A DNA stretch of 64,000 nucleotides from Candidatus Azotimanducaceae bacterium (GTDB taxonomy: Bacteria; Pseudomonadota; Gammaproteobacteria; Pseudomonadales; Azotimanducaceae). The notes below the pieces were generated by a model, which was not told the origin of the DNA, searched no databases, and worked only from the letters and a program-made list of their open reading frames with translations. Position 1 is the first letter of the stretch; each line of letters opens with the position of its first letter. This document shows positions 7,751-14,994 of the stretch, in pieces. The stretch lies in contig OZ251532.1 in assembly GCA_965243175.1 (NCBI GenBank), forward strand, positions 2,041,464-2,105,463, in the 5' to 3' direction. Both the position numbers and the translations under genes were made by a program.

Positions 7751-8782
7751 ATGCCGGCTTTCTATCGCGCCTATGGGTTGCGCGTGCGCTCCGAGGTGCC
7801 GCTGCCGTTCGATTCATTGCCGGCGCCTGTCCAAGATGCGGACGTCACGGTGCGCCTTGGCGACATTCCCGCCGAGCTTCCCGGCAGCGACGTCGTCCGC
7901 AAGGTGCGGTGGCAGGCCCGGCCTGGCGTCTTCCTCATCAAAGTCGAGGGCGTCGCTCGCTACTTGGTGGAGGGCGGTCGGGACATTACCGTGGCACCGC
8001 TTGGCGGCGACGATGCCGACATCGCCGCCTTCTTCGCCAACGCGCCCTTCGCAGTCCTCCTTCAACAGCGCGGCGTGCTCACGCTGCACTCCAGCAGCGT
8101 GGCGACCGGGGCTGGCGCGGCGTTGCTGCTCGGCGAGAGCGGAGTCGGCAAGTCCTCGCTGGCAGCGGCGCTCGTCGAGCGCGGCTTTCCGCTGATCGCG
8201 GACGACGTGACCGGGCTGGTCGCGGACGCAGACGGTCGCGTGACGGCGCTGCCCGGGTTCGCGAGCCTGCGGCTGTGGGCGGATACCTTGGACGAGATGC
8301 GCTGGCGAGGTCGCGGCGAGTCGAAGATGCGGCAGAGCATGGACAAGTACTGGATGCCCGTCGAACGCGCCCGCGCCACGCCGCTGCCGGTGCATGCCGC
8401 CTTCGTGCTGAAGGCCAACGGATCGAACGTCGACATCGATCCGATGCCGGAGCGGGACGCTTTCTCGCTGCTGTGGAGAAACACCCATCGGGCGCGGGCG
8501 ATGGGCGCGATCGGCAAGACGCAAACACGGTTCCGCACGGTCGCCGCGATGGCGCAGCGCGTCCCGGTAGCGGTAGCGACGCGGCCACGCCATCCGTTTC
8601 TGCTCGATGCGCTGGCGGACCGGGTTGCGGCGCTGCTTCCCGCGGCTTCGTTCTCCCGGGCCAGCGTGGCGGGACCGTGGCGCGACGTCCTGACGAAAGC
8701 CCAGGAGCGAGCGTTGACCAGCGCTCACGGCGAGGTGATGGCGCGGTTCGGCTATCTGCCGGACGCCGAATCGCCGGCGTAG
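7751..8782 (+). CDS. HPr-kinase-like P-loop kinase (HprK C-terminal-domain family)
   Basis: LTLHSSSVATGAGAALLLGESGVGKSSLAAALVERGFPLIADD is the HprK-type Walker A region. ORF 7685-8782 with ATG at 7751 preferred. Confidence 0.8.
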   Translation: MPAFYRAYGLRVRSEVPLPFDSLPAPVQDADVTVRLGDIPAELPGSDVVRKVRWQARPGVFLIKVEGVARYLVEGGRDITVAPLGGDDADIAAFFANAPFAVLLQQRGVLTLHSSSVATGAGAALLLGESGVGKSSLAAALVERGFPLIADDVTGLVADADGRVTALPGFASLRLWADTLDEMRWRGRGESKMRQSMDKYWMPVERARATPLPVHAAFVLKANGSNVDIDPMPERDAFSLLWRNTHRARAMGAIGKTQTRFRTVAAMAQRVPVAVATRPRHPFLLDALADRVAALLPAASFSRASVAGPWRDVLTKAQERALTSAHGEVMARFGYLPDAESPA

Positions 8783-8816
8783 GCATTTTCGACGCTTCGT
8801 GTACGCCGCAGCGTCG

Positions 8817-10661
8817 ATGGCCGCGATCTGTGGAATCCGCACTGCGGGCCGGGGCGGCAAGGCGGCGCTCGAGGCCATGCTGGGAACGCTTGCGGGAGCT
8901 GGCCCCGCGCACTCGGCTTGGCCGCAAGCGGCCATCGGCCTTGGCTGCCGCGAGACGGCGCTAGGCGAACCCGCGCTGGTCGCGGACGATGCCGCCGGCT
9001 TGACGCTGGTGGCCGACGCCCGCCTCGACGACCGCGATGGCCTTTGCGACGCGCTGGGCGTTCCAGTTGCCGAGCGCCGAGGCGTTGCCGATGCGCAACT
9101 GATTCTCCGCGCCTGGTCGCGCTGGGGCCGGGAGTGCCCGAACCACCTGCTCGGCGACTACGCCTTCGCGCTGTGGGACGCGCGGCGCCATTTCATGTTC
9201 TGCGCTCGGGACCACGCCGGCGCCCGGCCTTTCTACTACGCCCTGCCCAAGGACGGCATCGTCTTCGCGAGCGCCGTCGAACCGGTCCTCCGTGCGCCGG
9301 ACGTCGGGGACGCCTTGGACGAAGCCGTGGTGGCGACGCATCTTGCCAGCCGGCATTGCAGCGACACGCGCACGTTCTTCGCTGCAGTGCGCAAGCTGCC
9401 GCCGGGCCATGCGCTCTGCGTCGAATGGGCGCCGTCCGCGAACGGCACCGTGCAGCGAAAAAAGAGCCTCGCGCGTTACTGGCGGCCCGAACTGGCACCC
9501 GTGGCGAGACCAGCCGCCGACGACGAGTACGCCGAGCAGTTCCGCCACCTGCTCGCCCAAGCGGTGCGCGACCGGCTGCGCGGGTGCGATCCCGGCGCCA
9601 TCGGAACCCATCTGAGCGGCGGCCTGGATTCCTCCAGCATCGCGGTCGTCGCGGCCCGCGAGTTGCGCAGCCAAGGCCGTTCGCCGCCGCTCGCCTTCAG
9701 TTGGCTGCCGCAGCTGGGGGATGCGCCGCCCAAGGCCGAGTACGAGCGGGAGTACGCGCTGGTCGACGCGGTGTGCGCCCAGGAAGGCATCGAGGTCGTC
9801 CACGGCACGCCTTCGGCTGCGGACACCCTCGGCGTACTCGGCACCGACGGGGCGCTGCCCGGCATCCACCTTCACATCAACGAGGAGATCGCGCAACGCC
9901 ATGCCGCGGCCAGAGGCGTGCGTGTGCTGCTCTCCGGCTGGGGCGGCGACGAGTGCGTCTCGTTCAATGGCCGCGGGCATTGGCAGGAACTGCTCTTGCG
10001 TGGCCGCTGGCGGAAGCTCGCCGCCGAGTGTCGGGCGCAGGACGCCACGGCGCTGCGTTTCCTGGCGCACGTCGTGCTGCCGCTCCTGCATCCCGCGCTC
10101 GTGCCAGCGCTCGCCGGAAGCCGTAGCTGGCCGACCGCGAAGCGCTGGCTTATCGACCCCGCGTTCTCTCGCCGCGTGAAGCCGTTGGCTGCACCGGGAT
10201 GGCGAGAGATCGGAGTGCGCAGCACGCAGCTTCGGCTGCTGCAGGCCGGGCATCTGGTCGACCGCATCGAAGGCTGGGCGGCCAGCGGCGCCCGTCGAGG
10301 TATCGAATACCGCTATCCGCTGCTGGATCGCCGACTGCTGGAGTTCGCCCTGGGGCTGCCGCCCGAACAGTTCCGGCGCGGGCGCTGGAGCCGCTGGCTG
10401 TTCCGCCACGGCTGCCGCACGCTGCTGCCGCCGGAGGTCCGCTGGAATCGGCTGAAGGCCGACCCGGCGCGCAGCGAGACCACGCAGGACGCCTTCGTCG
10501 AGGCGTTCCCCGCGATCCGGCAGCGCCTCGCCGCCCGCACTCCGTCCCGCGCCCGCTACGTGGACGTGCAGCGCCTGCTCGAACGCCTGGACGCGGCGCG
10601 GTTCCACACCAAGCCGCAACCGGGGCCGATGATCAGGGCGCTGCAACTCCTCGATTTCTGA
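8817..10661 (+). CDS. Asparagine-synthetase-like protein (lasso-cyclase-like; Cys not at position 2)
   Basis: MAAICGI, LLGDYAFALWD, RDHAGARPFYY, PP-loop THLSGGLDSSSIA, LLSGWGGDE. An alternative GTG start is at 8799. Confidence 0.85.
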   Translation: MAAICGIRTAGRGGKAALEAMLGTLAGAGPAHSAWPQAAIGLGCRETALGEPALVADDAAGLTLVADARLDDRDGLCDALGVPVAERRGVADAQLILRAWSRWGRECPNHLLGDYAFALWDARRHFMFCARDHAGARPFYYALPKDGIVFASAVEPVLRAPDVGDALDEAVVATHLASRHCSDTRTFFAAVRKLPPGHALCVEWAPSANGTVQRKKSLARYWRPELAPVARPAADDEYAEQFRHLLAQAVRDRLRGCDPGAIGTHLSGGLDSSSIAVVAARELRSQGRSPPLAFSWLPQLGDAPPKAEYEREYALVDAVCAQEGIEVVHGTPSAADTLGVLGTDGALPGIHLHINEEIAQRHAAARGVRVLLSGWGGDECVSFNGRGHWQELLLRGRWRKLAAECRAQDATALRFLAHVVLPLLHPALVPALAGSRSWPTAKRWLIDPAFSRRVKPLAAPGWREIGVRSTQLRLLQAGHLVDRIEGWAASGARRGIEYRYPLLDRRLLEFALGLPPEQFRRGRWSRWLFRHGCRTLLPPEVRWNRLKADPARSETTQDAFVEAFPAIRQRLAARTPSRARYVDVQRLLERLDAARFHTKPQPGPMIRALQLLDF

Positions 10662-10666
10662 CGCAC

Positions 10667-10710
10667 TGCGCTTGACAAGCCGCACTGGGAAAGAGCACTC
10701 TCGCGCCGTT
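10667..10710 (+). promoter_or_regulatory. Conserved box (copy 2) with TTGACA at 10672-10677, starting 6 nt after the cyclase stop
   Basis: tgcgcttgacaagccgcactgggaaagagcactctcgcgccgtt aligns with 7323-7366. Confidence 0.4.
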
Positions 10711-10809
10711 GGACGCAACTTGAACGGGACCGTCGGGTAGCCGCAAGGCCCCGAGAGCAAGATCGGTCGAGAGGCCGATCTGCACACCCAAGCCAGCAGA
10801 GGCCACTCT

Positions 10810-11027
10810 ATGAATTTCCCCAATTTCCCCCCCTCCCCCCCCCCCCCCCCCCCCCCCCTGAGGACGACAACGACGGCGTAGCGCCGCGCGAGCCGTTAGC
10901 GGCAGAAACGAAGAAGCCGTGGTCGAAACCCACCTTCCGCCGTCTCGACGATAGGACCATGTCGCGAGTCGCAAGCGGGCCGCAACCGGAAACGAACGAG
11001 ATCGGCGTTTACAACCCAAACTCGTAA
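10810..11027 (+). CDS. Putative RiPP precursor peptide A2; again -1 out of frame across a C24 tract
   Basis: SD AGAGG 7 nt before ATG 10810, then C4, C7 and C24 runs. The conserved frame reads ...EDDNDGVAPREPLAAETKKPWSKPTFRRLDDRTMSRVASGPQPETNEIGVYNPNS*. That frame has no ATG, GTG or TTG between 10662 and 10958. Confidence 0.55.
10835..10858 (+). repeat. Homopolymeric C24 tract, preceded by C7 at 10827-10833
   Basis: Counted directly. Confidence 1.
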
Positions 11028-11069
11028 GTCGCGAAGCATTCATTGACGGACACAGCTCGAAGCGTCCCC

Positions 11070-11135
11070 ATGCAGGCTGCCTACTGCGCCTGCGGGTTGC
11101 GGGTGCGCTCCGACGTGCTGCTGAACTGGCCGTAA
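11070..11135 (+). pseudogene. 21-codon relic of a second HprK-like kinase gene
   Basis: MQAAYCACGLRVRSDVLLNWP* compared with the kinase N-terminus MPAFYRAYGLRVRSEVPLPFD (12 of 21 identical). It holds the same position relative to A2 as the intact kinase does to A1. Confidence 0.6.
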
Positions 11136-11147
11136 GGCGGGCGTCGG

Positions 11148-13043
11148 TTAGGACTTGCGGGCAAACCGGAGCGCGCGCACCGCCAGCGCGAGGAGGGCCA
11201 GCGCAATTGCGTACCACATCAGGAAGCCCAGGGAGAGGGTGAGGGCGGATTCCATCTCCAAGGCCAGTACCGCGAGCATGTGCGTGCCAGCCGCCAACGT
11301 CGCAGGGCAGGCGTCTGGATGGTGCAGGAGTTCGTGCAGGGCGCGATAGAGCAGGCCGAGCGCGACCATGCCGAGGAGCACGCCGGCGAGGCCGAAGTTG
11401 ACGTAGAACTCGCCGAGCTGATGCACCTTGAAGGCGCGCATCGTGTCCGGCGCCGTGAAGCCGTACCGAATCCCCAAGTCGCGCACGTCGCCCGGTTTCT
11501 CGGCGAAGACGGCGCGGGGGACGAGCTTGTAGAGGATCGGCAGATAGGTCTCGCCGTGCAGGAAGGGCAGCGGGTCGGGGGAGCGCACGGTGAGCCAGGC
11601 GAGGGGCAGCAGGTAGTCGAGGCGCTTGGCGGTCAAGTCCTCGGTGCGCATCGCGCCGCCTTCGCCGTCGAACGCCGCCGCCATCGTCTTCGCGTACAGT
11701 CCCGCCTTCTCCGCTAGGGAATCGTGCGCCTGCGGCGCTCCCGGGTTGCTGGGAATAGCGGCACGGAAGGGCGCGTCCGCGTGTTCGGCTGCGGCGACTT
11801 CGTGCGGGACGACTTGCTTCAGCCGCGACAACTCGATGCGAACGGCCACTATCGGATAGTCCGGCAGACGGAGGCTGGCGACGCAGCGGCCGTCTTCGAC
11901 GAGGCCGTCGCCGAAGGAGGTTCCCAAGGACTGGAAACTGCGGCGCCATCTGAGTTCGGGCAGGTCGCGTACGTCCACCGGATCGACGAACGCGCCGATT
12001 CGGAACGCCGGTTGGGCGCAGACTTCCGGGTCGTTGTGGGCGACGGTGAGGGTTCGGCCGCGAAGCGTTGCTTCGTAGGCAGGCGTGGTCAACGTCTGTT
12101 TCTCGCCGTCCGCCAGCACGAACTGGTGGGCGGCGACCGGCGAGGTCGCGTTCGGGCCCACGCCATGCGTCCAGATCAGCTGCCGGTACTCCAAGCGCGT
12201 GGGAATCAGCACGAAGAGGAGCGCCGCGGCGGTCACTGCGCCGAAGGCGATGCCGCGCCAAGTCGGCCTCGGTGCGACCACCGCGTAGGCCACGAACAGA
12301 GCGAACACCGCCTTCGCGCCGTGGTTCACCATCCCGGTGCTGAACCCCAGAACCGTGTAGTACGCGACCAACGCCGCCAGATAGAGCCGCCCGGCAACGC
12401 CAAGCTGGCCGCGCAAGTGCAGGTGGAAGCACACCAGCGCCGCGAACAGCACGAACTGCCCGGCGAGCGTCACCGGGAACGCGACCGCATCGGGCAGCAG
12501 CGTCTCCCCGGCGTACCGGGCGGCAACCGCCGCCTTGTCCAGATAGAAGAACGGCGCTGCGGCGAGGCCCACCACCACCGCGACCGCCTTGGCGAGCTGC
12601 GGATCGTCGCTCGGCAATATGCGGACGGTCGGCAGCGCGGCCCACGGTTTCCCGCCGGCGAACGCGAAGTAGCCCGCCATCAGGGCGGCCCATCCGCCGA
12701 GAGCCAGCATGAGCGCGTAGTCGATGGCGTCCGCTTCGAGCAGCGGCCGCGGCAGCCAAGCGCCGAAGAAGTCGACGCGCACGAAGACCGGCGCCGCGAA
12801 GCAGGCGGCGTAGAGGACGCCGACGTAGGGCATCGCCGAGTGTCGCCAACGCCGCCGTGCAGCCCACATGAGCGAAGGCGCCGCGCACAGGGCGATGAGC
12901 AAGCTCGCGAGCAGGCGCTGCAAGCCGGTCGGCTCGGCTGGCGCGTGGAGATTGAGGGCGACGATGGCCAACGCCACCAGAACCGCGACCGCCGCGAACA
13001 TCCGCCGCCCGTCGTCGAGTGCGCTTGCTGGTTTCTCTTCCAT
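11148..13043 (-). CDS. Polytopic membrane protein of unknown function (Wzy/O-antigen-ligase-like topology with a large soluble insert)
   Basis: 631-aa ORF with many hydrophobic helices at both ends and an insert of about 200 aa. The family assignment is a guess. Confidence 0.65.
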   Translation of the reverse strand: MEEKPASALDDGRRMFAAVAVLVALAIVALNLHAPAEPTGLQRLLASLLIALCAAPSLMWAARRRWRHSAMPYVGVLYAACFAAPVFVRVDFFGAWLPRPLLEADAIDYALMLALGGWAALMAGYFAFAGGKPWAALPTVRILPSDDPQLAKAVAVVVGLAAAPFFYLDKAAVAARYAGETLLPDAVAFPVTLAGQFVLFAALVCFHLHLRGQLGVAGRLYLAALVAYYTVLGFSTGMVNHGAKAVFALFVAYAVVAPRPTWRGIAFGAVTAAALLFVLIPTRLEYRQLIWTHGVGPNATSPVAAHQFVLADGEKQTLTTPAYEATLRGRTLTVAHNDPEVCAQPAFRIGAFVDPVDVRDLPELRWRRSFQSLGTSFGDGLVEDGRCVASLRLPDYPIVAVRIELSRLKQVVPHEVAAAEHADAPFRAAIPSNPGAPQAHDSLAEKAGLYAKTMAAAFDGEGGAMRTEDLTAKRLDYLLPLAWLTVRSPDPLPFLHGETYLPILYKLVPRAVFAEKPGDVRDLGIRYGFTAPDTMRAFKVHQLGEFYVNFGLAGVLLGMVALGLLYRALHELLHHPDACPATLAAGTHMLAVLALEMESALTLSLGFLMWYAIALALLALAVRALRFARKS

Positions 13044-13138
13044 GCCGTGTACCGGTGCGCGACGAAGGACTGTAGCGGTACCGCGTTTCGTGGCCCATGA
13101 TAGTCCGCCGAAGGTCTCTCGCCCGCGAAGCGCCTCCC

Positions 13139-13612
13139 ATGCCCGATTCCGGCAAACGCCTGCTCGTCGTCTACCACACGCAGACCGGACGCACCCGCGC
13201 CTTGGCCGAGGCGGTGCGCGAAGGCGCGGCCGACCCGGCCATCGAAGGCGTGGAACTGCGCGTGGTCACGGCGCGGGAAGCCGATGCGGAGAGCCTGCTC
13301 TGGGCGCAGGGGTTGCTGCTCGGCACGCCGGAGAACTTCGGCTACATGTCCGGCGGCATGAAGGACTTTCTCGACCGTACCTTCTACGCCGTGGAAGGCA
13401 AGCTCCAGCCGCTGCCCTACGCCATCTTCATCAGCGCCGGCAACGACGGGCGCGGCGCACTGCGAGCGATTCGGCGCATCGCTGGCGGCTACCCCTTCGT
13501 GGAAGTGCAGGAGCCGGTCATCGCCCGCGGCGAAGTGCGGGACTGCCATCTGCAAGCCTGCCGCGAGCTCGGGATGGCGCTTGCGGCGGGGCTGGAAGCT
13601 GGCATCTACTGA
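13139..13612 (+). CDS. Flavodoxin-like fold protein
   Basis: KRLLVVYHTQTGRTRALAEAV...LLLGTPENFGYMSGGMKDFLDR. Confidence 0.7.
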   Translation: MPDSGKRLLVVYHTQTGRTRALAEAVREGAADPAIEGVELRVVTAREADAESLLWAQGLLLGTPENFGYMSGGMKDFLDRTFYAVEGKLQPLPYAIFISAGNDGRGALRAIRRIAGGYPFVEVQEPVIARGEVRDCHLQACRELGMALAAGLEAGIY

Positions 13613-13746
13613 CGCGCCCGGAGTCGCGGTGTCCGCAAGTCTTGGGTGACGGAGGCTGGGAAAGCGGGCGTCCCGCCGCCGGCAGACGAGACGCCTGCGC
13701 TCCCAGGTTCGCCCCACGGCGCGGCTGAGCGCGTAAACTGGCGTCC

Positions 13747-14979
13747 ATGCCCGGCTTCACCACGTCCATCGTCCACTCGGATCGGCTCGATCCCATCGAG
13801 CACGGCTCGCTGCACAAGCCCGTTCACGCCACCGTCGCCTACGGCTACGAGGACGTGCAGGGCCTTGCCGACGTGTTCCAAGGCAAGAGTTCGGGCTACT
13901 CCTACGGGCGGCAGGTCAATCCCACCGTCTCCGCGCTCGAAGCGAAGATCAGCCGCATGGAGCGCGGCATCGCCACGGTGTGCTTCGGCACCGGCATGGC
14001 GGCCATCGGCACGACGCTGTTCGCGCTGCTGCGCAGGGGCGATCACTTCGTTTCCAGTTCGTTTCTGTTCGGCAACACCAACAGCCTGTTCCAGAGCTTC
14101 GCCGCGCATGGGGTGGAGGTGACGTTCGTGGATGCCACGCGCACGGACGCCGTGGCCGATGCGCTGCAACCGAACACCAGGCTGGTGTTCGTGGAGACCA
14201 TCGCCAATCCGCGAACCCAGGTGAGCGACCTGGCCGGCATCGGCGCGCTGTGCAAGGAACGCGGGGTCGTCTATGTGGTGGACAACACCATGACCTCGCC
14301 GTATCTGTTCCAGCCCGTGGCGGTGGATGCATCGCTGATCGTCAACAGCCTCACCAAGTACATCGGCGGCCACGGCAACGCCTTGGGCGGCGCGGTGACG
14401 GAAACCGGGCTGTTCGACTGGCGCGCCTTCGACAACATCTACGACACCTACAAGAAGGGCGACGCGAAGCGCTGGGCGATCACGCAGATCCGCAAGAAGG
14501 GCCTGCGCGATTTCGGCGCCGCGCTTGGGGCGGAGGCGGCGCACCACCTGGGGATAGGCGCCGAGACCCTCGCCTTGCGGCAGGAAAGGCAGTGCGACAA
14601 CGCGCAGGCGTTGGCGGATTTCCTGGCGGCGCACCGCAACGTTCGGCGCGCCTACTATCCTGGGTTGGCCGAGCACCCGGAGTGCGAAAGGGCGAAGGCG
14701 CTGTTCCGGCGCCCGGGCGGGCTGTTCAGCTTCGAGCTGGTCGACGGCATGGATGCGTTCGCGTTTCTCAATCGGCTCAGGGTGGTCGTCAAGTCCAGCA
14801 ATCTCGGCGACAACCGTACGCTGGCCATTCCCGTGGCGGAGACCATCTACTACGAGATGGGGCCGGAACGCCGCGCCAGCATGGGCATCGCGGATTCGCT
14901 GGTGCGCATCTCCACCGGCATCGAGGAAACCGACGACCTGCTCGAGGACTTCGCGCAGGCACTGGCGTCTGCGAAGTAG
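13747..14979 (+). CDS. Cys/Met-metabolism PLP enzyme (O-succinyl/acetyl-homoserine sulfhydrylase or cystathionine gamma-synthase family)
   Basis: GYSYGRQVNPTV, VCFGTGMAAI, VVDNTMTSPYLF, NSLTKYIGGHGNALGG (PLP lysine), SLVRISTGIEE. Confidence 0.9.
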   Translation: MPGFTTSIVHSDRLDPIEHGSLHKPVHATVAYGYEDVQGLADVFQGKSSGYSYGRQVNPTVSALEAKISRMERGIATVCFGTGMAAIGTTLFALLRRGDHFVSSSFLFGNTNSLFQSFAAHGVEVTFVDATRTDAVADALQPNTRLVFVETIANPRTQVSDLAGIGALCKERGVVYVVDNTMTSPYLFQPVAVDASLIVNSLTKYIGGHGNALGGAVTETGLFDWRAFDNIYDTYKKGDAKRWAITQIRKKGLRDFGAALGAEAAHHLGIGAETLALRQERQCDNAQALADFLAAHRNVRRAYYPGLAEHPECERAKALFRRPGGLFSFELVDGMDAFAFLNRLRVVVKSSNLGDNRTLAIPVAETIYYEMGPERRASMGIADSLVRISTGIEETDDLLEDFAQALASAK

Positions 14980-14994
14980 AGCGGAGGGAGTAAG

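Noticed and set aside
10633-13155. An 840-aa minus-strand ORF spanning the A2 region and the membrane-protein gene
   Set aside because: It is an Arg/Pro/Gly-rich alternative frame of the 631-aa membrane-protein gene with no motifs. It reads through the poly-G complement of the C24 tract as a Gly run.
13613-13746. A possible SAM-type riboswitch upstream of the trans-sulfuration PLP enzyme gene
   Set aside because: I could not recognise any SAM-I, SAM-II or SAM-SAH consensus elements by eye; only a generic GC hairpin is present. An Rfam/Infernal scan is needed to decide.
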